Program-made: the position numbers and the translations under genes
From: Thermoanaerobaculia bacterium
GTDB taxonomy: Bacteria > Acidobacteriota > Thermoanaerobaculia > UBA5066
Length of the DNA: 64,000 bases
Direction: 5' to 3'
Assembly: GCA_963719225.1 (NCBI GenBank)
Contig: CAVRAY010000001.1
Coordinates: 1,280,001-1,344,000 of the forward strand
Shown here: positions 17,485-28,342 of the stretch, in pieces
Position numbering within the stretch: the stretch's first letter is position 1
How the letters are laid out: each line of letters begins with the position of its first letter
Notes under the pieces: model-generated
Databases searched by the model: none
Told to the model about the DNA's origin: nothing
The model's input: only the letters and a program-made list of their open reading frames with translations

Positions 17485-19308
17485 TCAGTTAAGAAGATCT
17501 TTCTTTCTTCCACCGGCTTCCGTGGTGCGTAAGGGAGGCAAGGGCGGAACCCCGCCACCTCGCGCGAGGCCCTCCTCGGCCGACGCGACGGCGCTGGCGA
17601 CCGCGTCGCGCTCGCCGGCCGGGACCGCGTCGAGGAGGCGCGGCTGGATCCAGACCGAGCGTACGAAAAGCCCCTGCGCCTCCCGCTCCCGTCCCAGCGC
17701 CGCCGCGGCGCGGCCGAGGTTCAGGTCACTCTCGGCGCGCTCCTCGAGCCGGAACGACCGCGCGTACAAGGTGTACGCGACCTCTCGTTCGCCCCTCAGG
17801 GACTGGACCGAGCCCCATGCGAGAAGAGCCGTGGCCGAGCGCGGCCTGAGGGCGATCGATTGCGCCAGCCGCTCGTTCGCCGCGGAGAGAAGCTCGGCCT
17901 TCCGGGAAGCCGCCTCCTCGGGGGCGGAGGCGGCCTCGCGCAGCAGATTCTCGCCGTCGGCCTGAGCGAAGGTCGCGAGGGACCGGGCGGCGGCAAGCAC
18001 GACGAGCGAGAGCGCGAACGCGGCGAGGACGGCACGGCCGCTGCGCACGGGGACATCCGGAGCGTCCACGTCGCCCCTGACTCGACGAAGCGCCACGCCG
18101 GCGAAAAAGGCGGCCGGCCCGGAAGCGACGGCGATCCGAAGAGGAAAGTCCGCGAGACCCAGCAGAGCGATGGCCAGGAGAATCGCGAAGAGGCCGTCCA
18201 CCGAGCTCGAGCCGCCCGTCGTCGACGTGCCCTTGCGGCAGCCCAGAAGTCCCAGGAGGACTGCGCAAGAGGCGGCCAGAGCGGCGAACGCCGCCAGCGG
18301 GCCGCTCTCGGCAGCGAGCGTGACGGGCTCGCTGTGCGCATTGTCGAAATGCGCGGAGCCGCTCCTGTGCACGAGACGGCGTCTCGTGCGCTCCTCCGCC
18401 GCGAGCCGGGCCGGGACGAAGCGATTCGAGAAGGCTCCCGGCCCGGCTCCGAAAAAGGGCCGCGCGCGGAGCATCTCGCGGCCCGCGAGGAGTCCGATGT
18501 CGCGCTGCGTCGTCGCGGATGCGAGGTCGCCGCGCCGCAGCTCGTCGAGCTTCACGAGGGCGCGACGCCCGGCTCCGGTGGCGACCGCGAGAAGCGCCGC
18601 AGCCACGAGAGCCGCGAGCGCGAGCGAGCGGCGGCGGAAATCGAGCGCGAGAAAGGCCGCGGCTCCGCCGCCGAACGCGAGCGCCGGCGCGACCGACTCC
18701 GTCGCGAATAGCCCGAGGAGCGTCGCCAGGAGGCCCGCCGCGGCGACGACTCTCGCGGCGGTGCTCTCGCCGGGCGTCGCCGCACGCGTGAAGAGGAGCA
18801 CTGCGGGGATGACGAGCGCCATCCCCACGTCGCCCGCGTTTCCAATGAGGCCGGCCGCGAGAAACCGGGGCTCCGGGGCTTCCAGGGGCAGGCGGAAGAC
18901 GCCGACCCAGCGCTGCAGCGCGGCGAGAGCACCCGTGGCGGCGCCCGCCGCCATCAGCGCGACGGCCGCGGCGCCTGCGACCCGCGCGCCCGGCCGGGAC
19001 GCACCTGCGAAGAGGAGCGCGAGCGGTGAGAGAACCGCGACGGCCGTGAGCGGGTCCACGACGTCCACGTTCGCGAGGGCCGAGAGGAGAGCGAAAGCGA
19101 GTACCGAAAGCAGGCCGAAAGCGGCGACGCGCGCGGCACGCCCTGGTCCGAGAGCCGGAAACGACCCGTGCCGCGCGAGACCGAGCATCGCGAGGGCGGC
19201 TCCGAGAGCCTGAACGAGAAGCTTCGTCTCGCGAAGGGCGTCGCTCGAGGCCGCGGAGAAGAAAAGAAAAGGGGAAACGAGAGCGGCGAGAATCCCGACG
19301 ACGACCAT
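17485..19308 (-). CDS. O-antigen ligase / oligosaccharyltransferase-family membrane protein with C-terminal TPR
   Basis: Many TM segments; GLIGN, RPFFGAGPGAF, AHSEP; TPR-like tail; start approximate. Confidence 0.72.
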   Translation of the reverse strand: MVVVGILAALVSPFLFFSAASSDALRETKLLVQALGAALAMLGLARHGSFPALGPGRAARVAAFGLLSVLAFALLSALANVDVVDPLTAVAVLSPLALLFAGASRPGARVAGAAAVALMAAGAATGALAALQRWVGVFRLPLEAPEPRFLAAGLIGNAGDVGMALVIPAVLLFTRAATPGESTAARVVAAAGLLATLLGLFATESVAPALAFGGGAAAFLALDFRRRSLALAALVAAALLAVATGAGRRALVKLDELRRGDLASATTQRDIGLLAGREMLRARPFFGAGPGAFSNRFVPARLAAEERTRRRLVHRSGSAHFDNAHSEPVTLAAESGPLAAFAALAASCAVLLGLLGCRKGTSTTGGSSSVDGLFAILLAIALLGLADFPLRIAVASGPAAFFAGVALRRVRGDVDAPDVPVRSGRAVLAAFALSLVVLAAARSLATFAQADGENLLREAASAPEEAASRKAELLSAANERLAQSIALRPRSATALLAWGSVQSLRGEREVAYTLYARSFRLEERAESDLNLGRAAAALGREREAQGLFVRSVWIQPRLLDAVPAGERDAVASAVASAEEGLARGGGVPPLPPLRTTEAGGRKKDLLN

Positions 19309-19331
19309 GCGCTGCGAGAATAGCCGAGCGC

Positions 19332-20447
19332 TCAGCGCGGGCGTTCCTGCCACGCCGCGAGCACCTTCAGGAGCAGACCGCCGTGGGCGCGCCGGGAGAT
19401 CTGGCCCGGAGAGAGGAGGGAAATCCTGCTCGGAAGGGGAGGGACCCTCGGGCCTCGCCGTGCCCCTGCGGGCTGGTGGCGAAGCGAAGGCACGGGTGAT
19501 TTTTCTTTGAAGGTGAATAGGGAAACCACATAGCGCCGATCCAATACCGAGTGGCGAAGCGTGGCCACCGGCTCGAGCGCGATGGTTTCTCGGCGCGCGG
19601 TTCGTTTCCACCCCCTTCTAAGAACATTTGCAGGCCGTTCCCCGTGGCGAACCTCGAACATCGGAACGCAAAGGTGACCCTTGACGAGGGTCTTGTCTTC
19701 TACGAGCAAAATCTTCTTTCCCCTCTCGACGATTCCCGCGACGAGATGAATGGATCTGGGCTTCGCCCGTCTCGGGGCCCGCGGGAAGCCTTCCGGCTTC
19801 CCGCTCGCCGCGGCCCTGCAAAGTGTCCGCAGCGGGCAGGCACCGCAGCGCGGCGCGCGAGGCGTGCAGACGAGAGCCCCGAGCTCCATCGAGGCCTGGT
19901 TGTAGCCGCCGGAATCCCTCGCGGGAACCAGAGCCTGCGCGAGAGCGCGCACTTTCGCGAGAGTCCCAGGCGCTTTCGGATCCAGCCTCAGCCCATGCAG
20001 CCGGCAGAGAACGCGCACGACGTTGCCGTCCACGACCGCGGCGCGAGCCCCGAAGGCGATAGACGCCACGGCCGCGCTCGTGTAGGGGCCGACGCCGGGC
20101 AGCTCGTGCCAGCCCTCGACGGTACGCGGAAACGCGCCGGCCGCCGCGATCATCCGTGCGGCGCGATGGAGGTTGCGCGCTCGGGCGTAATAGCCGAGGC
20201 CGCTCCACTCCGCGAGGACCGCGCGCTCGGGTGCCCGGGCGAGCGCATCCACCGTCGGGAAACGCTCCAGGAATCGCGTCCAGCGTCTCTCGACGACCTC
20301 GACGGTCGTTTGCTGGAGCATGATCTCGGAAATCCAGATTCCGTAGGGGTCGCGCGTCCTTCGCCACGGCAGATCGCGGCGCTCGCGCCGGTACCAGCGC
20401 GTGAGGCGCCGGGCGATGGCGCGCGAAGGGAAAGGGATGGAATCCAC
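19332..20447 (-). CDS. mutY: A/G-specific adenine glycosylase MutY
   Basis: DPYGIWISEIMLQQT, GLGYYARARNLH, LPGVGPYT, VDGNVVRV, CTPRAPRCGACPLRTLC Fe-S cluster. Confidence 0.93.
   Translation of the reverse strand: MDSIPFPSRAIARRLTRWYRRERRDLPWRRTRDPYGIWISEIMLQQTTVEVVERRWTRFLERFPTVDALARAPERAVLAEWSGLGYYARARNLHRAARMIAAAGAFPRTVEGWHELPGVGPYTSAAVASIAFGARAAVVDGNVVRVLCRLHGLRLDPKAPGTLAKVRALAQALVPARDSGGYNQASMELGALVCTPRAPRCGACPLRTLCRAAASGKPEGFPRAPRRAKPRSIHLVAGIVERGKKILLVEDKTLVKGHLCVPMFEVRHGERPANVLRRGWKRTARRETIALEPVATLRHSVLDRRYVVSLFTFKEKSPVPSLRHQPAGARRGPRVPPLPSRISLLSPGQISRRAHGGLLLKVLAAWQERPR
19499..19629. repeat. Paired AT-rich motif (convergent copies) inside mutY
   Basis: ATTTTTCTTTGAAGGTGAATAG ... TTCCACCCCCTTCTAAGAACAT. 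Confidence 0.65.
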
Positions 20448-20467
20448 GGAGATACGATACCCGCCCG

Positions 20468-20887
20468 ATGGAGCTCGACTGGGAAGGCCTGGCGGTCGCG
20501 TTCGCGGCCCGCTCGATGCTGATGAACCACTTCCTCGACCGCGCGACGGGCGAAGTGCACGCGCATCTGAACGGCTCGCCCGAGCTCCGCGAGGCGCTGC
20601 TCCACGAAAGGAGCGGGCGTTACCTCCGCATCCCGAAGTCGACGAAGGACGTCGACACCGCCCGGTGCCGCGCGTTCGCTCCGCGGATGGAGAGCGCCGA
20701 AGCCCGCGAAAAGGCGCTTCTCGCGCTCGAGTCGGGCGGCCCCGGCGGCTTCCGCGACGTGCTCCTGACTTTCCCGAACGACGAGAAGGCCTGGTTCGTG
20801 TTCCGCGACCGGCGCGTGCGCGAAGAGCTGAAGGCCTGGCTCGAAGCGGAGGGCATCCGACTCGACGAAGGGCGTTCGGCGAGCTGA
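20468..20887 (+). CDS. UPF0158-family protein
   Basis: HFLDRATGEV...RYLRIP...FRDVL...WFVFR...WLEAEGI pattern. Confidence 0.7.
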   Translation: MELDWEGLAVAFAARSMLMNHFLDRATGEVHAHLNGSPELREALLHERSGRYLRIPKSTKDVDTARCRAFAPRMESAEAREKALLALESGGPGGFRDVLLTFPNDEKAWFVFRDRRVREELKAWLEAEGIRLDEGRSAS

Positions 20888-20909
20888 TCGTCGCGGGCCG
20901 GGGCGGCCG

Positions 20910-21575
20910 TCAGAAGACGAAGCGCGCGAACCGGCTCGGGACGTGGAAGTCCGGCGGATCGGAACGGAGGGTCGGGCACAGAGCGAGGAAATGCGTCTCG
21001 CGTCCGCGCGCGATCCGGTAGGCATTCCCGCGGCGCTCCTCCCCTTCGGCGGGGGCGTGGCCCGAGGGAAGAAACGTCCACGGCACCACCAGCCGGCAGC
21101 TCCATCGCCTCCACTCCGTCGCGGAAAGGGCAGCCGGGTCCCCGCGCACTTCGATCGAGATCGCGGCCGAGGCATGTCCGGGCGAGACCTTCCATGTCTT
21201 CCGGCTCTCATCCGGGTTCACGACGAGGGCGGTGTAGCAGGCGCCCCGCGGATTCACGACGATCTCCTGGTAAGTGCGGGGCTCGAGGGGCGAAGCCAGG
21301 AAGAGCTCCACGCACTCGTCGAGGAAGACTTCCTCGTCGTCGCCCCGCCGGATCGTCAGCGGCGGGTCGGCGGCCGCTTCGAAGAGAACGAGAAGAGCCT
21401 CCCGCGTCGAGGCGAAACGCACGGTTGTCGCGAGCGGCGGCGCCGGCGCCCCGCCCACCTCCGCGAGCGCGTGGAACTGCTGGGACGCGACGTCCTCCGG
21501 CGATGCGACGCGGGCGACGGGGACGATCGCGGGAGCGTCCGAAATCATCGTCGCCCGAGCGCGACGCCCCGCCAC
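20910..21575 (-). CDS. Carbohydrate-binding family 9-like protein
   Basis: DECVELFL, EIVVNPRG, GNAYRI, PDFHVPSRF. Confidence 0.65.
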   Translation of the reverse strand: MAGRRARATMISDAPAIVPVARVASPEDVASQQFHALAEVGGAPAPPLATTVRFASTREALLVLFEAAADPPLTIRRGDDEEVFLDECVELFLASPLEPRTYQEIVVNPRGACYTALVVNPDESRKTWKVSPGHASAAISIEVRGDPAALSATEWRRWSCRLVVPWTFLPSGHAPAEGEERRGNAYRIARGRETHFLALCPTLRSDPPDFHVPSRFARFVF

Positions 21576-21576
21576 G

Positions 21577-22485
21577 TCAGGACCATTCGAGGTCTTTGAG
21601 GTCGAGGCGGCCGAGAAGCCGCCGCGAAGACGCCTGCGCGCGCGCGACCGCGCGCTCTTCGGCCGCGAGCAAGGGAGGGAGAAGGCGGAGCGCTTCGCGG
21701 CGGCCCTTCGCTTGCGCCCTTCCGGCCAGACGCCGGACGAAGGCGGTGAGCTCGGCGAGGTCGTGCGCGTGGCCCGCGGCGTCCTGGAAGTCCGCCAGAA
21801 GCGGGACGAGCTTCCCCGGGGCTCGCATCAGGTCGTCGGCGAACTCGAGGCCGTAGCGCAGGTCCCGGGCGATGATGCGCGCCGGGTGTAGACCCGCCGG
21901 GCCGGGGGTTCCGGCCTTGCGCAGCCCCTTCGCCGCGCGCCGGAGGCGGCGCCGGACCGATTTCGCGAGCTCTTTTTCGGCGAGAGCGTCCGCGGTGCCG
22001 GTGAGCGGATCGTGGAGGCGCGCGAGCACGCGGTCGCGGCGCGTGAAAGCCCGACGGAGCCGGGCGAGAAGCGCGCGTGTCTGCTCCGGCGAGGGGCCGG
22101 AATCGCCTTCCTTCGCGATACGGGCGGCCAGGCGCGTGGCGACGGCGCGGCGGCGGGAGTCCTTCCGAAAGCGCGCGAGGAGGAGCTTTCGCGCGACGTC
22201 CTGCGTTCGCCGAACGGAAAGCGCACGCCGAAGGTCGCGCGCGGCAGCCCTCAGCGCCTTCCCGGCCCCCTTTCGGGGGACGTCGCCCGTCAGGCGCGCG
22301 AGCGCGGCGGTCCTTCGAAGAGCGACGCGCAGGTCGTGGAGCGTCTCACCCTCGGGGGGGCCCGACACGCGCGCGAGGAGCGCGTCCAGCTTGGCGCGCC
22401 GTTCCGAGAGCGCGGCGGACGTTCGCGAGAGGAGGTGCGGGGGCGAGGCCACGTGAGAGCGGGATCGTATCGGCCGCCGGGGCAT
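21577..22485 (-). CDS. CHAD domain protein (polyphosphate-binding)
   Basis: LHDLRVALRR, LHPARI..RDLRYGLE, FQDAAGHAHD; start may be GTG 22453. Confidence 0.8.
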   Translation of the reverse strand: MPRRPIRSRSHVASPPHLLSRTSAALSERRAKLDALLARVSGPPEGETLHDLRVALRRTAALARLTGDVPRKGAGKALRAAARDLRRALSVRRTQDVARKLLLARFRKDSRRRAVATRLAARIAKEGDSGPSPEQTRALLARLRRAFTRRDRVLARLHDPLTGTADALAEKELAKSVRRRLRRAAKGLRKAGTPGPAGLHPARIIARDLRYGLEFADDLMRAPGKLVPLLADFQDAAGHAHDLAELTAFVRRLAGRAQAKGRREALRLLPPLLAAEERAVARAQASSRRLLGRLDLKDLEWS

Positions 22486-22503
22486 ACGGGCAGGCCGGAC
22501 GGA

Positions 22504-24279
22504 TCAGGGCCGCGGCCTCCGGGGAAGGATCAGGCTCGCGCCAGCCGCGGCTTCGACGACCGGGAGGTCCGGAGAGGGATAGCCCACGTGCCACCCCTGG
22601 GCGCGGTCCACCCCGAGCTCGGGCAGGAGGTCCATGACCTCCTCCGATTCCACGCCTTCGGCCACGGTCTTGACGCCGAGGCCCCGGCAGATCCCCGCCA
22701 TGCCCCGCACGAAGACGCGGTTCGCCTTCTCCTTCGGGAGGTCTCTCACGTAGCTGATGTCGAGCTTGAGGGTGGACACGGGCAGCTCTCGGAGGTAGCG
22801 GAACGACGAGAAGCCCATACCGAAGTCGTCGAGAGCGAAGTGGAAGCCTTCCCCGACGAGCGCCCGCGTGAAGTCCTGGACGCGGTCGAAGTCCCGCACG
22901 GCGGCGGTCTCGGTGATCTCGAACGTGACGCGCTCGGGGCGGATGCCCTTGGCTCGCGCCATGCGCGAGATGTCGGCGACGAGCGTGTCGTCGTCGAAGT
23001 CCAGGCCCGAGAGGTTGATCCCGATCTCGAGCTCGGGGCTGATGCGCTTTCTGGCGGCCGCGAGGTTGTCGAACGCGGCGGCGATGATGGCGCGATCGAT
23101 CGCGGTGACGATGCCGAAGCGTTCGGCGGCTCCGAGGAACTCTGCGGGAAGCGCGATGCGTCCATCGGGCTCGCGCATGCGGGCGAGGGTCTCGACGGCC
23201 ACGATGCGTCCGGTTCCGACCTCGGCGACGGGTTGGAAGTAGGGGACGAAGCGCGACTCGGCCAGAGACGAACGGATGCGATTCGACTGCTCCCGCAGCC
23301 GGCCGGTCCGATCCCGCTCGCGGTCCGAAGGGTCGTGGAGCCGTACGCGGCCTCCGCCGCGGCGCTTGGCCTGGTGCATGGCGAGGTCGGCCGCGAGGAA
23401 AAGGTCCGCGGCGCCGCCGGCATGTTCGGGAAACACGGCTACACCCGCGCTGGCGGTCAGGGTCAGCGCGTTCCCCTCCCAGATCGGCGCCATCCGGCGA
23501 ATGAGCGCGATGACCGTCTCGGCGCGCGGCGCCGCCTCGGCCGCGGAGGCGCCGGGGAGCAGGATCGCGATCTCGTCGCCGCCCACGCGGCCCGCGGTCT
23601 CTCCGCCGAGGAGGGTGACCCGAAGAGTCTCGGCCATGGAACGGAGGTAATCGTCTCCCGCGAGGAGGCCGTGGGTGTCGTTCAGGGTCTTGAAGTTGTC
23701 GAGGCCGATGACGACGAGCGACAGCGGCCGTCCGAACAGGTCGGCACGGGCGATCTCGCGCTCGAGCTCGAAATGAAACTGCTCGCGGTTCGCGAAGCCG
23801 GTGAGCGCATCGGCGGGTTCGGCCACGGTGTCGGCGGAGTCGGAGCGGAGCTTCTCACCGGCGGCTCCCGTCACCTCACGCGCCGCGGCGAGAAAGCCCC
23901 CTTCTGCGGCCTGCGCGGAGATGCGCGTCGTCACCCAGAACACGCGCTCGATCGTCTCGGGGCCTGCCGGAATCCGCACCTCGAAGTTCGTCGCGCCGCC
24001 GGGATGCGCCGTCGCTTCGATGAGGCTGTCACGCCCCGGCGGCGAGAGCCAGAACGGCGGCGAGCTCCCGGGCGCCTCGTCGAGACTGCCGGGGCCGGGC
24101 GTTCCCTCGGCGAGCGCGGCGTCGTTCGCGAGAAGGACGCGGCCCGTGCGGTCGAAGAGAGCCGTCGGGTCCGGCGAATCGATGAGCAGCGATACCGGTC
24201 GCCGGACGACGCCCGAGCCCTTCCGCCCCTCTCGAACGCGGATGGGTTGCGTGTCCGTCTGTGATCGGCTCTTCTGCAC
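22504..24279 (-). CDS. PAS-GGDEF-EAL diguanylate cyclase / phosphodiesterase
   Basis: DALTGFANR, RVGGDEI, FQPV..VETLARM, FEITET, ALDDFGMGFSS, VAEGVE; start uncertain. Confidence 0.88.
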   Translation of the reverse strand: MQKSRSQTDTQPIRVREGRKGSGVVRRPVSLLIDSPDPTALFDRTGRVLLANDAALAEGTPGPGSLDEAPGSSPPFWLSPPGRDSLIEATAHPGGATNFEVRIPAGPETIERVFWVTTRISAQAAEGGFLAAAREVTGAAGEKLRSDSADTVAEPADALTGFANREQFHFELEREIARADLFGRPLSLVVIGLDNFKTLNDTHGLLAGDDYLRSMAETLRVTLLGGETAGRVGGDEIAILLPGASAAEAAPRAETVIALIRRMAPIWEGNALTLTASAGVAVFPEHAGGAADLFLAADLAMHQAKRRGGGRVRLHDPSDRERDRTGRLREQSNRIRSSLAESRFVPYFQPVAEVGTGRIVAVETLARMREPDGRIALPAEFLGAAERFGIVTAIDRAIIAAAFDNLAAARKRISPELEIGINLSGLDFDDDTLVADISRMARAKGIRPERVTFEITETAAVRDFDRVQDFTRALVGEGFHFALDDFGMGFSSFRYLRELPVSTLKLDISYVRDLPKEKANRVFVRGMAGICRGLGVKTVAEGVESEEVMDLLPELGVDRAQGWHVGYPSPDLPVVEAAAGASLILPRRPRP

Positions 24280-24302
24280 TTTTTTCCCCGGAGTCTGGCT
24301 GA

Positions 24303-24788
24303 TTATCGCCCGAGTCGGGTCAAGGCGTCTCCTGTGAGCCTGTAGACCTGCCAGCCGTCCATCGGAACGGCCCCCAGCCGGAGGTAGAAGCGGATCGCGG
24401 GCTCGTTCCAGGTGAGCACGCTCCATTCCATCCGTCCGCAGCCGCGGGCGACGGCGAGGCGCGCGAGATGCGTCAGGAGGGCCTCGCCGATGCCGAGCCC
24501 CCGCCGCGCGGGAATCACGAAGAGGTCCTCGAGATAGAGGCCGGGCCGCGTCAGCCAGGTCGAGTAGTTGTGGAAGAAAAGCGCGAAGCCCACGATCTCG
24601 CCGCCCATTTCCGCGAGGACGACCTCCGCGAAGCGCTTCTCTCCGAACAGGTGCTCGCCGAGGAGCTTCGCGTCGGCATGGCAATCCTGCGGCTGCTTTT
24701 CGTATTCGGCGAGGGCTTCGATCAAAGAGACGATCGCGTTCACGTCCTCTGGCCGCGCATCGCGAAGGGTGAATCGTGCTTCGTCCAT
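24303..24788 (-). CDS. GNAT-family N-acetyltransferase (SSAT-like)
   Basis: YSTWLTRPGLYLEDLFV, RRGLGIG, WSVLTWNEPAIRFY. Confidence 0.9.
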   Translation of the reverse strand: MDEARFTLRDARPEDVNAIVSLIEALAEYEKQPQDCHADAKLLGEHLFGEKRFAEVVLAEMGGEIVGFALFFHNYSTWLTRPGLYLEDLFVIPARRGLGIGEALLTHLARLAVARGCGRMEWSVLTWNEPAIRFYLRLGAVPMDGWQVYRLTGDALTRLGR

Positions 24789-24830
24789 GGCGCCGGCGAT
24801 CTTACGCGGGGAGGGTGTAAAACACGTCGC

Positions 24831-25409
24831 GTGCCGCTCGGCTCGTCCTTCTACGGTCTCCTCACGAAGCGCGTCGGGCGGGCGCGCCTTTCCGCGGCGC
24901 TCCCGCACGTGCCTCCCGGGGCGCGCGTCCTCGACGTCGGATGCGGCCTGACCGACCTCCCCGACCGGATCGCGGACTACGTCGGCTGCGACCGCAACGC
25001 CGAAGTGCTGGCGTCCCGGAGGGGGAGATGGCCGAAGAAGGATTTTTTCGAATGGGACATCGGCCGAGGCCCGGCTCCGCCCGAGCTCGAGGCGAGGGCG
25101 CCTTTCGAAGGGATTCTCCTTCTCGCCGTCCTCGAACACGTCGCGGACCCGGCGGCGATCCTGTCCCGCCTCTCTTCTCTTCTTTCTCGCGGCGGATGTC
25201 TGATCGTCACCACCCCGCACCCGGCGGGTCGCTGGGCGCTCGAGGCCGGGGCCGCGCTCCGCCTCCTCTCCACGCACGCCCGGGACGAGCACGAGAGCCT
25301 CCTCGGGCGCACGGCCCTCGAGGAGGCAGGCCGGTCGGCCGGAATCTCCCTCGTCCTCTACCGGCGTTTCCTCTTCGGCCTGAACCAGCTGGCGGTGTTC
25401 TCCCGGTGA
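24831..25409 (+). CDS. Class I SAM-dependent methyltransferase
   Basis: [22 protein letters not shown]. Confidence 0.82.
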   Translation: MPLGSSFYGLLTKRVGRARLSAALPHVPPGARVLDVGCGLTDLPDRIADYVGCDRNAEVLASRRGRWPKKDFFEWDIGRGPAPPELEARAPFEGILLLAVLEHVADPAAILSRLSSLLSRGGCLIVTTPHPAGRWALEAGAALRLLSTHARDEHESLLGRTALEEAGRSAGISLVLYRRFLFGLNQLAVFSR

Positions 25410-28342
25410 GCCGGGCGCGTCCCGTTTCGCGCGCCGCGTCCGCGATCACGGTCGTGAACGCGCGCACCCACAACCTCAAGAACGTGACGTGCGCTTTTCC
25501 GGTCGGCGCGCTCACGGTCGTGACCGGTCCTTCCGGCTCGGGGAAGTCGTCGCTCGCGTTCGACACGCTCTACGCCGAGGGCCAGCGCCGGTTCGTGGAG
25601 TCGATGTCCACGTACGCTCGGCAGTACCTCGAAAGGCTCGAGCGCCCGGACGTGGACCTCATCGAGCACGTCCTGCCCGCGCTCGCGATCGAGCAGAAGG
25701 CTCCCGCGCGATCGGCGCGTTCCACGGTCGGGACGGCGACCGAGATCCACGACGTCCTGCGGCTCCTCTTCGCGGCCGCCGGCACGCTGCGGTGCGCCGA
25801 CGACGGGACACTCGTTCGCCGCCACACCGTCGAAGGGATAAGGGACATTCTGCTTTCGGAGTGGGGCGAGGGCGCGCGGGTGCTCGTGATCGCGCCGCGA
25901 AAAGTCCAGTCGTTCGAGGCCGAGAGCGCAGAGTGGAGAAGACTCGGTTTTTTCCGCTATGTCTCCGCTTCGGGGGACGTTCTGGAAATTTCTTCGAATG
26001 GAAAAGAGACGGAGAAAGCGGCCGCGCCGCTTGCGGCCTTCCCGCTGCTCGTGGGGCGCCACGTGCTTGCGGCCTCCGATCCGGAAATCCTCTCTTCACT
26101 TTCAATGGCATTCGACGCCGGAGACGGTGAGCTTCTTGTGCTGAAATTCGGAGGGGGTCTTGCCTCGGCCCGCCGCTTCCGCCGCGGCCTCGTGTGCGAC
26201 GTGTGCGGGCGGCGCTTCACTGATCCGGTTCCCGCGCTCTTCTCCTTCAACTCGCCTCGAGGCGCGTGCGAGACGTGCCAGGGTTTCGGTCGTGTGACGG
26301 GCATCGACGCGGCACGCGTCATCCCCGACCCGGCGAAGTCGCTCCGAGAGCGGCCGATCGCGCCGTTCAACTCGCCGGCCTACGAGAGCGCCTACGACGA
26401 CCTGAAGGTGGTCTCGCGGCGCCACAAGCTGCGCTGGGACGTGCCGTGGAACGAGCTGACGCCGCGCGAGCGGGACGTCGTCTGGAAGGGTTCGGGCGAC
26501 TGGTATGGGGTCGAAGGTCTCTTCAAGTACCTCGAAAAGAAGCGGTACAAGGTGCACGTGAGGGTCCTCCTGTCGCGCTATCGCGGCTATACGCCGTGTC
26601 CCTCCTGCGGCGGGGCGCGCCTGAGAAGCGAGGCGCTCGCGGTGACGCTCTCCGGCAAGACGATCGCCCAGGTCGCAGCCCTCACGCTCGACGAGCTCCT
26701 CGTCTTTCTGGCCGGCGCTCTTCCCGGCGGCGAGGAGCGCGCGCGGGGAGCGTCGCTCGTCGAGGACCTCCGGCGTCGCGTCGGAACGCTCGTCGAGATC
26801 GGCCTCGGGTACCTCACGCTTTCGCGGACGATGCGGACGCTCTCGGGCGGTGAGGCCCAGCGGATCCAGCTCGGCGCGGCGATCGGGAACGCTCTCACCG
26901 GCACTCTCTACGTGCTCGACGAGCCCACGGTCGGCCTCCATCCGCGCGACACGCACCGGCTCCTCGGCGTCCTCGAGCGCCTCGCGGCCGGCGGAAACGC
27001 CGTCGTCGCCGTCGAGCACGACACGGACGTCATCCGCGCGGCCGACCACGTCATCGACCTCGGGCCGGGCGCGGGAGCACGCGGCGGGCGCCTCGTGTTC
27101 GAGGGGACGCCGGGGGAGCTGGAGAAGGCGGACACGCTCACGGGGAGGTCGCTGAGGAGGGAGACCGAAGAAAGAGAAGAAATTTTTGCTTCGGAAAGGG
27201 AAAGAGACGGCAAGCCGTATCGGCCAGGCGCTCCGAGCGAACTCATCGCAGCCGAAACGTCGCGCGCCTTCGGCGCTTTCTTAGAAGGGGGTATGAGGTC
27301 TGCGGCGCTCGAGCCGGGCACCGAAGCGATCCGTGTCCTCGGCGCGCGAGCAAACAATCTTCAAAATATTTCCGTCGACTTTCCCCTTCACCAGCTCGTC
27401 GCGGTGTCCGGAGTGTCGGGCTCGGGGAAGTCGTCGCTCGTCGTGGACGTGCTCGCGGCGGGTGCCCGGCAGCGCATGGGGAAGGGGCTTCTCCCCGGCG
27501 TGGACGAGGTGGGCGCCCACGACGCGATCGAGGGGCTCGACCGCGTCGCCGAGGTCATTCTCGTCGACCAGTCTCCGCTCGGGCGCTCGTCCCGCTCGAA
27601 CGCGGCGACGTACACGAAAGCCTGGGACGAGATCCGGACGCTCCTCGCCCGCGCGGGCTCCGCGAAGGCGCGCGGCCTCGAAAAGGGCGCGTTCAGCTTC
27701 AACGCTCCCGGCGGGAGGTGCGAGCGCTGCGAGGGGGCGGGCGTCGTCACCGTGGACATGCAGTTCCTCGCCGACGTGACGGTCGTGTGCGACGTGTGCG
27801 ACGGGCGCAGGTTCAAGCCCGAGGTGCTCGAGGTGAGGCTCAGAGGGCGGAACGTCGACGAGCTCCTCGCCACCACCGTCGACGAAGCGCGCGAGCTCTT
27901 CGCCGACGTACGGGTGATCTCGGACCGGCTCCAGCCGCTCGCGGAAGCCGGGCTCTCCTACCTGACCCTCGGTCAGTCCACCGGAACGCTCTCGGGCGGC
28001 GAAGCCCAGCGGCTGAAGATCGCGTCGTTCCTCAGGGGCGGGGGGCCCGACGAGCCGGTTCTGTTCATCTTCGACGAGCCGACGACCGGACTGGCGCCTT
28101 CCGACGTGGACGTGCTCCTCGCGGTCTTCCGGCGCCTCCTCGCGGCGGGTCATTCGATCGTTGCCGTGGAGCACCACACGGGTTTTCTCGCCCGCGCCGA
28201 CACCCTGATCGAGCTCGGGCCCGGTGGCGGCCCCGCGGGCGGCCGCATCCTGTTTTCAGGCCCTCCGGCGGCTCTCGCGGCTCTCGGCGGAACTCCGACG
28301 GCCGACGCGCTCCGGGGCCGGGTACAATTTCCGTCACGGTGA
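25406..28342 (+). CDS. uvrA: Excinuclease ABC subunit A (UvrA-family paralog)
   Basis: Two ABC modules (GPSGSGKSS and GVSGSGKSS; LSGGEAQR twice), Zn fingers, [10 protein letters not shown]. Confidence 0.92.
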   Translation: MSRARPVSRAASAITVVNARTHNLKNVTCAFPVGALTVVTGPSGSGKSSLAFDTLYAEGQRRFVESMSTYARQYLERLERPDVDLIEHVLPALAIEQKAPARSARSTVGTATEIHDVLRLLFAAAGTLRCADDGTLVRRHTVEGIRDILLSEWGEGARVLVIAPRKVQSFEAESAEWRRLGFFRYVSASGDVLEISSNGKETEKAAAPLAAFPLLVGRHVLAASDPEILSSLSMAFDAGDGELLVLKFGGGLASARRFRRGLVCDVCGRRFTDPVPALFSFNSPRGACETCQGFGRVTGIDAARVIPDPAKSLRERPIAPFNSPAYESAYDDLKVVSRRHKLRWDVPWNELTPRERDVVWKGSGDWYGVEGLFKYLEKKRYKVHVRVLLSRYRGYTPCPSCGGARLRSEALAVTLSGKTIAQVAALTLDELLVFLAGALPGGEERARGASLVEDLRRRVGTLVEIGLGYLTLSRTMRTLSGGEAQRIQLGAAIGNALTGTLYVLDEPTVGLHPRDTHRLLGVLERLAAGGNAVVAVEHDTDVIRAADHVIDLGPGAGARGGRLVFEGTPGELEKADTLTGRSLRRETEEREEIFASERERDGKPYRPGAPSELIAAETSRAFGAFLEGGMRSAALEPGTEAIRVLGARANNLQNISVDFPLHQLVAVSGVSGSGKSSLVVDVLAAGARQRMGKGLLPGVDEVGAHDAIEGLDRVAEVILVDQSPLGRSSRSNAATYTKAWDEIRTLLARAGSAKARGLEKGAFSFNAPGGRCERCEGAGVVTVDMQFLADVTVVCDVCDGRRFKPEVLEVRLRGRNVDELLATTVDEARELFADVRVISDRLQPLAEAGLSYLTLGQSTGTLSGGEAQRLKIASFLRGGGPDEPVLFIFDEPTTGLAPSDVDVLLAVFRRLLAAGHSIVAVEHHTGFLARADTLIELGPGGGPAGGRILFSGPPAALAALGGTPTADALRGRVQFPSR
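25986..26105. repeat. AT-rich motif plus partial inverted copy inside uvrA
   Basis: AAATTTCTTCGAATGGAAAAGAG ... CTCTTCACTTTCAA. Confidence 0.55.
27172..27298 (+). repeat. Two direct copies of the AT-rich motif in the uvrA inter-ABC linker
   Basis: AGAAATTTTTGCTTCGGAAAGGGAAAGAG and TTTCTTAGAAGGGGGTATGAGG. Confidence 0.55.

Noticed and set aside
17487-17512. Partial motif-like purine tract at the end of the O-antigen ligase gene
   Set aside because: Lacks the GAA half of the core; not counted as a copy.
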